Source of the DNA: Terriglobales bacterium
Lineage (GTDB): Bacteria > Acidobacteriota > Terriglobia > Terriglobales > Acidobacteriaceae
Direction: 5' to 3'
Assembly (NCBI GenBank): GCA_035623255.1
Contig: DASPTU010000125.1
Span: 166,818-198,817 of the forward strand
Length of the DNA stretch: 32,000 bases
Shown: one piece after another, positions 8,949 through 18,181 of the stretch
Numbering within the stretch: the first letter of the stretch is position 1
Layout of the letters: each line of letters begins with the position of its first letter
The notes under the pieces: model-generated
Databases searched by the model: none
Seen by the model: only the letters and a program-made list of their open reading frames with translations
What the model was told of the DNA's origin: nothing
Made by a program: the position numbers and the translations under genes

Positions 8949-10099
8949 GTGCGCAGATCCCTTTGGCATGGCTGCAGCTTATCCGTATGAAAGGTCGGTT
9001 GATCGCAGCTGTGGCGGGCATCGCCTTCGCCGTCATCTTGGCTTTGGTACAGATGGCATTTCAGGACGCGCTCTACGTCAGTATTACGCAGCTGTATTCC
9101 CACTTCACCGCCGACCTGGTGCTTATCAGCCCGCGCTACCAGTGCATCATTGCTCCGGATGATTTTCCCGAGCGACGGCTTTATCAGTCGCTGGCAGTCG
9201 AAGGCGTGCAGTCGATTGCGGCCGTCTATATGGACATGGCGCAGTGGATTAACCCGATCAACCACTACGAGCGCCAGATCTTTGTGATCGGTTTTAAACC
9301 CGCGCCCGGAGTGCTGGACTTGCCATCAGTAAACCGGAACCTCGCGGAGATTGCGCAACCCGACAAAGTTTTATTTGACGAGGGCTCGCGCCCGGAATTC
9401 GGCCCCATCGGCAAGCTGTTTCGTCAGAACGGATCGGTCACATCCGAACTTTCCCATCGCCACGTGCAGGTCGTCGGCTTGTTCCAGGTGGGCGCCAGTT
9501 TTGCTAACGATGGCAACGTCATCACCAGCGACACAAATTTCCTGCGCATCGCTCCCTATCGGCAGCTCGGCATCGTGGACATTGGCCTCATCCGTGTTCA
9601 GCCGGGCACCGATATCGAAGCCGCTCGGAGTAAGCTGGCCGCCATGCTTCCGCGCGATGTCGTCGTGCTCACCAAGCAAGGCTTTCTCGATCGTGAAAAG
9701 AACTACTGGGCTTCGAGTATGCCCATCGGTTTCGTGCTGGGAGTATCGTTGGTCATGGGGTTGGTCGTCGGTGTCGTCATTGTTTACCAGATCCTTTACA
9801 GCGACGTGTCTGAGCACCTCTCCGAATTCGCCACCCTCAAGGCCATTGGCTACTCCGATCGTCGCCTGTTCTGGATCGTGGTGCAGGAGGCGCTCATTTT
9901 GGCGGTGCTGGGGTTCTTTCCGGGCCTGCTGATGGCATTGGGCGTCTACCAGATTGCTCGGTCTGCCACCGTGCTCCCGATTCAGATGACCACCGTCCGT
10001 CTTGTGGTCGTTTTTTTCCTGACGCTTGCGATGTGCGGCATTTCAGGATGTCTGGCAGTGCGTAAATTGCGCTCTGCCGATCCGGCCGAGATTTTCTAG
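8945..10099 (+). CDS. DevC-type ABC transporter permease
   Basis: 384 aa; FtsX-like topology with N-terminal TM, large periplasmic domain and three C-terminal TMs; DevC-like N-terminus (IPLAWLQLIRMKGRLIAAVAGIAFAVILALVQMAFQDAL). ATGA overlap with the upstream gene. Confidence 0.92.
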   Translation: MSAQIPLAWLQLIRMKGRLIAAVAGIAFAVILALVQMAFQDALYVSITQLYSHFTADLVLISPRYQCIIAPDDFPERRLYQSLAVEGVQSIAAVYMDMAQWINPINHYERQIFVIGFKPAPGVLDLPSVNRNLAEIAQPDKVLFDEGSRPEFGPIGKLFRQNGSVTSELSHRHVQVVGLFQVGASFANDGNVITSDTNFLRIAPYRQLGIVDIGLIRVQPGTDIEAARSKLAAMLPRDVVVLTKQGFLDREKNYWASSMPIGFVLGVSLVMGLVVGVVIVYQILYSDVSEHLSEFATLKAIGYSDRRLFWIVVQEALILAVLGFFPGLLMALGVYQIARSATVLPIQMTTVRLVVVFFLTLAMCGISGCLAVRKLRSADPAEIF

Positions 10100-10108
10100 G
10101 CTCTGAGT

Positions 10109-11449
10109 ATGGAAACGGTAATCTCTATCCGCGAAGTCAACCACTATTTTGGCACGGGCGATTTGCGCCGCCAGATTCTGTTTGGCGTGTCCACCGACAT
10201 TTCACCGGGTGAGATTGTGATCCTGACAGGCCCTTCGGGATCAGGCAAAAGTACCCTACTCACTTTGGCCGGCGCTTTGCGGTCGGTTCAGGAAGGCAGC
10301 CTGCAGATTTTGGGCCGCCAACTTAAAGGCGCCGATAACCTTGAACTCGTGCGCGTGCGCGCCAATATCGGTTTCATTTTTCAAGCGCACAATCTCCTGG
10401 AAGCTCTTACCAGCCGCCAGAATGTGCAAATGTCACTGGCGCTGACTCCGGAATTGTCCGAGAGCGAAGTGCGTGCGCGTTGCGATGCGATGCTGGAGGC
10501 TGTTGGGCTAGGGCACCGCATCGACGCTTATCCTTCAGAACTATCGGGAGGTCAGCGACAGCGCGTCGCCGTGGCTCGCGCCCTCGTGCATCAGCCCAAA
10601 ATCATCCTTGCCGATGAACCCACCGCCGCTCTCGATCGCAAAACCGGCCGGGAAATCGTGGAGTTGCTGCACTCCCTGGCCAAGCATCAGGGCTGCGCCA
10701 TTCTGATGGTCACTCACGACAACCGTATTCTCGACATCGCTGACCGGGTGTTGACTCTCGAGGATGGTCGCATTACATCCTTTGTGGCCGGCTTCGCCGC
10801 CAACACTGGCCGTATGCTTTCTACCTTTGCTCAGTTGCAGCGCAAGGGAGAATTGCTGCGCCATGTCAGCGGCATGTCCAGCCGCCAGTTCCTCGACGTA
10901 CTCGATCACATGACCTCAGAATTCGACCAGTTTCTGCAGATCGTTGATCTCGGCAACCAGCAAGCCGTGCAGGCCCTTTTCGACCACATGCTGGAAGCAG
11001 TATTGATGAAAATCCGGCAATTGCTGGATGCCGATCGCGGCACGCTCTTCCTCGTGGACCACGACCGCGGGAAACTGTGGTCCAAAGTGGCCGAGACTGA
11101 TGGCGCGGAGCCTCTGAGAATCGAGATACCCAGTAACGTTGGAATCGCAGGCTACGTCGCCCGCACTGGACAGACGCTCAATATCACCGATCCCTATCAA
11201 CATCCCGACTTCAACCCGGAGGTAGACCGCCGGACTGCCTATCGCACAAAGAGCATACTGTGCATGCCGATTTTCGACCGCCAGAGGAATGTGTTTGCGG
11301 TCGCAGAGTTGCTTAACAAGCGCACCGGCCAGCCATTTGCCGCCGCCGACGAGCAGGCTTTTCGCGAGTTCGCCCCGCCTCTGGGCCTGATCCTGGAAAG
11401 CTGCCTGCGCATGACCCAGGAGCGCACCGACTTAGCCTTGGCCGCCTGA
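10109..11449 (+). CDS. DevA-type ABC ATPase with C-terminal GAF domain
   Basis: Walker A GPSGSGKSTL, signature LSGGQRQRVAVARAL, Walker B IILADEPTAALD. C-terminal half GAF-like (LLDADRGTLFLVDHDRGKLWSKVAE...GIAGYVARTGQTLNITDPYQHPDFNPEVDRRTAYRTKSILCMPIFDRQRNVFAVAELLNKR). Confidence 0.93.
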   Translation: METVISIREVNHYFGTGDLRRQILFGVSTDISPGEIVILTGPSGSGKSTLLTLAGALRSVQEGSLQILGRQLKGADNLELVRVRANIGFIFQAHNLLEALTSRQNVQMSLALTPELSESEVRARCDAMLEAVGLGHRIDAYPSELSGGQRQRVAVARALVHQPKIILADEPTAALDRKTGREIVELLHSLAKHQGCAILMVTHDNRILDIADRVLTLEDGRITSFVAGFAANTGRMLSTFAQLQRKGELLRHVSGMSSRQFLDVLDHMTSEFDQFLQIVDLGNQQAVQALFDHMLEAVLMKIRQLLDADRGTLFLVDHDRGKLWSKVAETDGAEPLRIEIPSNVGIAGYVARTGQTLNITDPYQHPDFNPEVDRRTAYRTKSILCMPIFDRQRNVFAVAELLNKRTGQPFAAADEQAFREFAPPLGLILESCLRMTQERTDLALAA

Positions 11450-11457
11450 ACCCGTTG

Positions 11458-12708
11458 TCAGGCCACGTTACGCAGCACCAACGCTGAATTCTTGCTCCCG
11501 AACGCGATGCAATTACACACCGCCCATTCCGGCTGCATGCGGCGGCCGCACTCCGGAACGTAGTCCAGGTCGCACTCCGGATCGGGGCTCTCCAAATTGA
11601 GGGTGGGAGGCAGCACGCCGTCTCGCATCGCCAAAAGCGTGCACGCTACGCCCGCGGCGCCGCAAGCGCCTTGAGGGTGTCCGATGTGACTTTTAACTGA
11701 CGACCCCGCCAGCCGGTAAGCGTGGCCGTTGAATGCGAGTTTGATGGCCCGCGTTTCAATCCGGTCGTTCAGTTCCGTCGAAGTGCCGTGGTAGTGCACG
11801 TATTCGACGGCTGGCGGACTGATTCCCGCATCTTCGATTGCCATCTGGATAGTACGCGCGGGCTCCTCACCACACTCCTGCAAGCGGACCCGATGGTAGG
11901 CCTCGCAGGTCGAAGCGTAGCCTGCCACTTCGCCGTAAATTCGCGCACCCCGCGCCTTGGCCCGTTCCATATCTTCGAGCACGAAAAACCACGCCCCCTC
12001 GCCCAGCACAAAGCCGTCCCGATCGCGGGAAAACGGGCGTGATCCTCGTTCCGGTTGATCGTTCCATCGGGTCGTGAGGATTCGCATCAGGAGAAAACCC
12101 CGAATGATGAGCGGGGCTATGGGAGCATCCACCCCGCCTACCACCATGTAGTCGAGGTTACTCGAACGCATATGTTGGCAGGCATAGCCGATGGCATCGG
12201 TGGAGGAGGTGCAACCCGTCGAGATCACGTGGCTAAGCCCCCGAAATCCGAAATACATCGAGAACTCGCTCGCTAACGTTCCGATGGTGGAGGTGGGAAT
12301 CACATACACACTGCATTGCTTGATTTTGCCCTCGTAGTACAGCCGGTACTGCTCCTCGGTAAAATCCTGGCTGCCTCCGCCTGAACCAATCATCACGCCC
12401 ACGCGCCGCAGCTCGTCGATGCTCATGGACTGGTAGTCGATCCCGGCGTCTTCCAGGGCCTCCTTGATCGCCGCCCGCCCTAGCGGCACCGCCCGTGAAA
12501 CGTGTTGGCGGTTCAGCGGGTCCACATATTGCTCTTCGGGGAAATCCAACACCTCTCCCGCAATCTGCACCTTGAGGTGGTCGGGATTAAAGCGGGAAAT
12601 GCGGTGCACACCGCTGACGCCGCGCCGGGTTGCGCTCCAAAACGCTTCCCGACCTATGCCGTTGGGGCTGACAGCTCCGATTCCAGTTACTACGACCCGC
12701 CTTCTCAT
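11458..12708 (-). CDS. Beta-ketoacyl-ACP synthase, type II PKS KS-alpha/FabF-like, catalytically complete
   Basis: MRRRVVVTGIGAVSPNG; active-site Cys in STGCTSSTDA, His in HGTSTELND, Lys/His in KSHIGHPQGACGAAG. Confidence 0.94.
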   Translation of the reverse strand: MRRRVVVTGIGAVSPNGIGREAFWSATRRGVSGVHRISRFNPDHLKVQIAGEVLDFPEEQYVDPLNRQHVSRAVPLGRAAIKEALEDAGIDYQSMSIDELRRVGVMIGSGGGSQDFTEEQYRLYYEGKIKQCSVYVIPTSTIGTLASEFSMYFGFRGLSHVISTGCTSSTDAIGYACQHMRSSNLDYMVVGGVDAPIAPLIIRGFLLMRILTTRWNDQPERGSRPFSRDRDGFVLGEGAWFFVLEDMERAKARGARIYGEVAGYASTCEAYHRVRLQECGEEPARTIQMAIEDAGISPPAVEYVHYHGTSTELNDRIETRAIKLAFNGHAYRLAGSSVKSHIGHPQGACGAAGVACTLLAMRDGVLPPTLNLESPDPECDLDYVPECGRRMQPEWAVCNCIAFGSKNSALVLRNVA

Positions 12709-13050
12709 AGAATTCGCACACTATGTAAGCCGCTGTGCTTGATATGCGTTGCCTCCGTCAAATGAAGTAAGTCGTGCGCCGGCAACACGTAGAATCAGGT
12801 GTAGGACCCCAAAGCGCGCAACATTATACTGAACGGGTCAAGAATTGCCAAGCAGTCCCCCGGCAACTACCCGCGAGCACCCAGTCCCATCCCCATCATC
12901 CGTGCCTGCCCCCGGAGGCCACCGGCGGCGTCACGCTGATCTGCCAAAACTGCTGGTGTCGATGCGGCCAATGGGATAAGCTCTGCTTGCGCCCCGCACG
13001 GAGCACTGCAAGCCCGGTGCGGCAGCGAACATCCGAGGGCGGATTACACC

Positions 13051-13308
13051 ATGGACTCTGAAGTGGCGACCAAGGTTCTGGCGATTGTGGCCTCTGTCAA
13101 GCGTGTGGACCCGGCTACCATTTCCCCCGATGCCGCGTTCGAGGAGCTGGGAATTGATTCCCTCGACCGGCTCAACATCCTGTTCGAACTGGAGAACACC
13201 TTCAACATCGATGTACCCGACGACGAGGCGCGGGCGGTGGTCACAGTAAAAGATATGATAGAGCGCCTCGAATCATATCTACAGCGGCGAACCGCACAGG
13301 GAGCCTAG
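13051..13308 (+). CDS. Free-standing acyl carrier protein
   Basis: 85 aa acidic helical protein with phosphopantetheine-site Ser in EELGIDSLDRLN. Confidence 0.94.
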   Translation: MDSEVATKVLAIVASVKRVDPATISPDAAFEELGIDSLDRLNILFELENTFNIDVPDDEARAVVTVKDMIERLESYLQRRTAQGA

Positions 13309-13317
13309 CCGGGACGA

Positions 13318-14541
13318 ATGTCTCGCGTCGCTATTACCGGCCTCGGTGTCGTCTGTGCGCTGGGCAAGAACGTCAGCGAATTTCGCGAGCGCTTGTTTGC
13401 CGGCCGCTCCGCCATCCTTCCAATTACCGGCGTGGATACTTCCTCCTTGCGTTTTCGCCAGGGCGCCGAGGTACAGGATTTCAATCCCTCTGAATATTTC
13501 GACAACACGCAGCGTGAATTACTCGACCGTTTCGCGCAATTCAGTGTTCTGGCCGCCCGTCAGGCTATGGCCGATGCCGGCATCACCATCACTCCCGACC
13601 TTGCACCCCGAACCGCGGTGATCGTAGGCGCCTCGATGGGCGGAAAATCTACGGAAGACGGTGGGTATCAGGAACTGTATCTCCACCGCCGCACACGTCT
13701 GCACCCCCTTATCATTCCCCGTAGCATGGCGAACGCTGGCGCGAGCAACATCTGCATGGAGTTCGGAATCACCGGCCCGGCAATGGCCATCAGCACCGCT
13801 TGTTCGTCCGCCAACCACGCCATGGGGCTGGCCTTCGCGATGGTACGCTCCGGGCAGGTCGATGTGGCGATCACAGGCGGCAGCGAAGCTCCCTTCAGCT
13901 ACGGCATGCTGAAAGCCTGGGAGGCCATGCGCGTCGTGTCTCCTGATACTTGCCGCCCTTTCTCCAGCGACCGTTCCGGCCTTATTCTCGGCGAGGGTGG
14001 GGCCATTTTGGTGTTGGAACCTCTGGAGCGCGCCCGCGAGCGCGGCGCCAATATCTACGGTGAGATCATCGGTTTCGGCATGTCCTCCGACGCTCAGCAC
14101 ATTACTCGACCTTGCCTTGCTGGTCCAGCCCAGGCCATGAAAAATGCGATGGCCGATGCTGCCATCGAGCCCGCTGCCGTGGGATACATTAATGCCCATG
14201 GCACGGGAACCGAGACCAACGATCGGGTCGAAACCCAGGCCATTCGCGCCGTTTTTGCCCGCCATGCGGACCGAGTGCTCGTCAGCTCTACCAAGTCCAT
14301 GCACGGCCACGCGCTGGGAGCGGCCGGCGCAATTGAAGGTGTTGCCACCGTCCTCGCCTTGCGAGAGCGAATGATTCCCCCGACTGCGAACTTCACCTCG
14401 CCCGACCCGGAATGTAACCTTAACCTGGTGGTCAACAAGGGCCAACCCGCCGAGGTAGAGTGCGCCCTATCTAACTCCTTTGCCTTCGGCGGCTTGAATG
14501 CGGTTTTGGCCTTCCGCGCTCCCGCTGCCTTAGGGCTCTGA
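13318..14541 (+). CDS. Beta-ketoacyl-ACP synthase (FabF-like), catalytically complete
   Basis: Active-site Cys in STACSSANHAMG, His in HGTGTETNDRVET, Lys/His in KSMHGHALGAAGA; follows the ACP by 9 bp. Confidence 0.95.
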   Translation: MSRVAITGLGVVCALGKNVSEFRERLFAGRSAILPITGVDTSSLRFRQGAEVQDFNPSEYFDNTQRELLDRFAQFSVLAARQAMADAGITITPDLAPRTAVIVGASMGGKSTEDGGYQELYLHRRTRLHPLIIPRSMANAGASNICMEFGITGPAMAISTACSSANHAMGLAFAMVRSGQVDVAITGGSEAPFSYGMLKAWEAMRVVSPDTCRPFSSDRSGLILGEGGAILVLEPLERARERGANIYGEIIGFGMSSDAQHITRPCLAGPAQAMKNAMADAAIEPAAVGYINAHGTGTETNDRVETQAIRAVFARHADRVLVSSTKSMHGHALGAAGAIEGVATVLALRERMIPPTANFTSPDPECNLNLVVNKGQPAEVECALSNSFAFGGLNAVLAFRAPAALGL

Positions 14542-14724
14542 CTATTTCCGTGGAGAGGAGTCGGAGTTGTAGTTCGATTGTTCTTTTGTATGTATACTCC
14601 CGGGGCGGGGAAACTTGGCAACGTGCCACCCGTATTTGGGGATACCGCTATGCCAACGCGCATGATGGATAAATCACCCCATCCCGGATTGTGTGCACGC
14701 GTCCCGGTTCTTTCAGCTTTGTAA

Positions 14725-16401
14725 TTGCCAGACCACATCGAGGCCTATATGCACGTGTCGGAAGTGGGGCTCCGACAACTCGCATCGTCCGGTTGCCCTG
14801 GCCAGGAAGAAGACTTTCCTCCGCTCGGCCGCAACATCAAGGTGCTGATGGTCTGGCCGCGTGTTCCCAAATCATTTTGGGCAACGCCCGACATTCTTCC
14901 CGTAAGCGCCGTGACGGCCCCCTTGGGGCTCATCACCGTGGCCGCTTTATGCCCGCCGTATTGGACCGTCCGGCTCATCGACGAATCGGTCGAAGACGTA
15001 ACCGATGCTGACCTCCGTGATTGCGACTTGGTCATGGTCAGCGGCATGTACGTCCAGAGGAGCGGCATCGAGAGGATCCTCGGACGAGCTCGCGCCCTCG
15101 GGAAACGCACCATGGTAGGTGGCCCGTTCACCAGCAGCGACCCCAACACTGTGCTCCCCCTGGCGGATCATGTCGTGGTGGGTGAACCTGACGCGGAGTT
15201 CCGCCGCATCGCAACCGCGCTCGAAGAGGGCACCGCGGCCCGCCTTTATGTCATCGAGGACAAACCCGATGTAACCTGCACACCTGTGCCCCGATTCGAC
15301 CTGCTGAACATGAATGCTTACGCCAACATGCCGATACAGTTTTCCCGGGGCTGCCCGTTCGAATGCGAGTTCTGCGACATTATTTCGATATATGGACGAA
15401 GGCCTCGCACCAAAACTCCCGCGCAGCTTCTCCGTGAACTCGATCGCTTGTACGAGTTGGGATGGCGAAGGCCCGTCTTCCTGGTCGACGACAATTTCAT
15501 TGGCAATCACAAACTGGCACTTAACCTGACCCGTCAGATGGAGGGATGGTCGCGAGCGCACAACTATCCCTTCGCATTCCTGACCGAGGCTTCCGCTGAC
15601 CTGGCACAGCGACCCTTACTGCTGCAATCCATGGTCGAGGCCAACTTCTTTGCGGTATTCCTTGGCCTTGAAACCCCTTCCAGCGACGCACTCAAGGAAA
15701 CCAGAAAATTTCAGAACTTGCGCGCTGATCCCTTAGCGACGGTCCGTTTTCTTCAGGAAAATGGCCTCTGGATCCTGGGAGGTTTCATCATCGGTTTCGA
15801 CTCCGACACCGCCGGCATTTTTGAGCAGCAACGCGAGTTCATTGAGCGCGCGGCCATTCCCTGGGCCATGCTGGGATTTCTGCAGGCGCTGCCTCAGACG
15901 GGCCTGTACGAGCGCCTCCGCAAGGAGGGTCGGCTCCTCAAAGGTGAGCCGATCGGCAATAACTATGCGCCGCCCAACTTCCGTACTCTTCTGCCCCGCA
16001 CGACCCTGGTCAAAGGCGTCGGGGATACGCTGCGGTCTATCTACTCCCCTGCTGAGTTCTATCGCCGCTGCCTTCGTTCCCTGGAGTACTGGAAAACACG
16101 CGAGCCCCAGCAACCACCCCGGCCCAGATTAGGAGAAGCGATGCTTCTGGTAGTTCGCTGCCTTTGGCACCAGGGCGTGAAATCCAATTACCGCAGAGAA
16201 TGGTGGAAGTTCCTGTTCGCCATTCTGCGCCGCTGGCTTTTTGTGCCCATGAAAATGTGGTGGGGATGGGTATTGTTAATTTCGGCCGATCACTTTTGTC
16301 AGTACGCCGCCCAAGTAGTGGCAGAGCTCAATCGCGAAGCACAGACCCAAAAGAGCGAGCCTTTGCCGACGAGGTCGGAATCCGCAGTTTGCGCTCGGTA
16401 G
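14725..16401 (+). CDS. B12-binding-type radical SAM protein, HpnP-like (DUF4070-type C-terminus)
   Basis: N-terminal VLMVWPRVPKSFWATP...APLGLITVAAL Rossmann-like domain, CxxxCxxC in FSRGCPFECEFCDIISIYGRRPRTK, then FLVDDNFIGN, AFLTEAS, GGFIIGFD. Start could be 14749. Confidence 0.9.
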   Translation: MPDHIEAYMHVSEVGLRQLASSGCPGQEEDFPPLGRNIKVLMVWPRVPKSFWATPDILPVSAVTAPLGLITVAALCPPYWTVRLIDESVEDVTDADLRDCDLVMVSGMYVQRSGIERILGRARALGKRTMVGGPFTSSDPNTVLPLADHVVVGEPDAEFRRIATALEEGTAARLYVIEDKPDVTCTPVPRFDLLNMNAYANMPIQFSRGCPFECEFCDIISIYGRRPRTKTPAQLLRELDRLYELGWRRPVFLVDDNFIGNHKLALNLTRQMEGWSRAHNYPFAFLTEASADLAQRPLLLQSMVEANFFAVFLGLETPSSDALKETRKFQNLRADPLATVRFLQENGLWILGGFIIGFDSDTAGIFEQQREFIERAAIPWAMLGFLQALPQTGLYERLRKEGRLLKGEPIGNNYAPPNFRTLLPRTTLVKGVGDTLRSIYSPAEFYRRCLRSLEYWKTREPQQPPRPRLGEAMLLVVRCLWHQGVKSNYRREWWKFLFAILRRWLFVPMKMWWGWVLLISADHFCQYAAQVVAELNREAQTQKSEPLPTRSESAVCAR

Positions 16402-16412
16402 AAATCCCTTCG

Positions 16413-17816
16413 TCAGTTCTCTGCGTGCCCCAGGGCTTGAAGGGGGTGGCCTGAGTCGCGTAGTGGCTGCGCGTGCAGCGTCATCATGATTTTTCGGCGC
16501 GGCCGCAAACTGATCCGGGGCTCTGTACCGATCGGCGGACCGGGAACGACATCCAGGCGCCATCGTTGTGCAATCATCGCCAGCACCAGCTCCGCTTCCA
16601 TGCTGGCAAAGCGTTTGCCCAAACAAAGTCGTGGCCCTCCTCCGAAGGGAAAATAAGAGAACGGATGACGTCCTTGCGAGCGGTCGGGCGAAAATCGTTC
16701 TGGGTCGAAGCCTTCCGGGTTTTCCCATGAAGCGGGCCGGCGGTGTGCCGAGTAGGGACTGATCACAAGTACCGACTTCGCCGGTATGTGGTAACCATCG
16801 ATGTTGTCGTCCGCGATTGCCGTCCGAGCAATGGCCCAGGCGGAAGGATAAAGCCGCAGCGTCTCCTGGACGACCATGCGCGTATAAACCATTCGAGGAA
16901 GATCGTGAAACGTCGGCGTGCGCTCTCCCAGCAGGTCGCGCACTTCGTGGTACAGCTTTGTCGCGGCCACCGGGTTTCGGGACAGCAAATACCATGCCCA
17001 GGCGATCGCGTTGGCGGTCGAATCGTATCCCGAATCCACGAGCGTGATCATCGCATCCCGAATGTGCCGGTCATCCAGGCCGGAACCATTGTCTCTGTCG
17101 CCCACCAGCAGGGACAATACGTCCGTCTGCTGCTGGGGGCAGCGCCGCCGCCGCTCGATCAACCCGTAGGCGAAACTGTCGATGGTACGCAGCGCCTTGC
17201 GCAGTCTCAGATTGGCCGGCGTCGGCAAACGGTTCAACAACGGCCGCAACGGATTTAAGCCGGATGCCGGCTTAATCCGCTGTTCCGCCGTCTCCAGGGC
17301 GGGGCACAAACTTGCGCCATGCACCGCCAGTTGCGTGCTGAACAGGGTCCTCAAGAGGATATCCAGCGTGAGATTGCGCATTTGCTCGCGGATGTCGATA
17401 GCCCGGCCGGACTCGCCTGTCTCATCCCATGCGCGCAGCAGATTGAGGGTCGCCTCTACGATGATCCGCGCAAATTCCGGATCGTGATCGCTATAAAACG
17501 CAGGTTGCGTTTGCCGGCGCTGGCGATGCCACTCTTCTCCCTCGGCCGTAACCAGCCCATCACCATGCATTCTTCTCAACTCGTCGTAGAGTGAACCCTT
17601 GCTGTAATTCATGTAATTGTCTTGCAGAATGTGTTTGATGTGCTGAGGGTCGTTCAGCAGGAACACCGGCCGCAGACGCCGGTGGCCGACGCGAACTACA
17701 TCGCCATACTCGCCGAAGAGTTGTAACAACAGGTTGGGCGCATCCTGCAGAAGACTAGGCAGCAGGCGGATAAATTCCAACGTCGAAGGTCCAGGAGCAA
17801 CTCTTGCGATCTTCAT
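16413..17816 (-). CDS. Cytochrome P450 (second in the cluster)
   Basis: Track ORF begins 17906; in-frame ATG at 17816 gives MKIARVAPGPSTLEFIRLLPSLL. ExxR in ETLRLYPSAW, heme loop FPFGGGPRLCLG, I-helix SGYDSTANAIAW. Confidence 0.95.
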   Translation of the reverse strand: MKIARVAPGPSTLEFIRLLPSLLQDAPNLLLQLFGEYGDVVRVGHRRLRPVFLLNDPQHIKHILQDNYMNYSKGSLYDELRRMHGDGLVTAEGEEWHRQRRQTQPAFYSDHDPEFARIIVEATLNLLRAWDETGESGRAIDIREQMRNLTLDILLRTLFSTQLAVHGASLCPALETAEQRIKPASGLNPLRPLLNRLPTPANLRLRKALRTIDSFAYGLIERRRRCPQQQTDVLSLLVGDRDNGSGLDDRHIRDAMITLVDSGYDSTANAIAWAWYLLSRNPVAATKLYHEVRDLLGERTPTFHDLPRMVYTRMVVQETLRLYPSAWAIARTAIADDNIDGYHIPAKSVLVISPYSAHRRPASWENPEGFDPERFSPDRSQGRHPFSYFPFGGGPRLCLGKRFASMEAELVLAMIAQRWRLDVVPGPPIGTEPRISLRPRRKIMMTLHAQPLRDSGHPLQALGHAEN

Positions 17817-18181
17817 GCGGCTGCACACGGTATCGGGCGCCGCCCGATAAGCTGAGGTCATCGCCAATGGGCACCTCCCGTCTGTTGCTCCGGGGGCCGG
17901 AAGCACTGAAGCGAAGTACGTCAGCCCGCCCGGCTCTCCCGATGCCAGCGAAGCACGGTCTTAAATCCGCGACAAGACCGGCACTCGAGAGAAACAGAGC
18001 GTATCCGCATGCCCCGTCCCAGACTCGTCTGACGCGCATCAGCATACGCCCAGCCATTCTGAAGTCAAGTCCGGCGCGGCTTTCTTCACGCCCACTATTG
18101 AGAAAGCCAATCCTTCAGCCGCACGATTATCGCCTGAATCGCCTTCTTCCAGCGGCGCAACTCAACGTTCCACTTTGCACC

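Noticed and set aside
13519-14445. 308-aa minus-strand ORF
   Set aside because: Antisense of the second ketosynthase, which has all catalytic motifs intact.
11458-14541. Classical type II PKS KS-alpha/KS-beta (CLF) pair
   Set aside because: Both ketosynthases keep the active-site Cys, and they are on opposite strands; this is not the minimal PKS arrangement.
14725-16401. Hopanoid biosynthesis locus because of the HpnP-like rSAM
   Set aside because: No squalene-hopene cyclase or other hpn genes in the window; similarity is to the enzyme family only.
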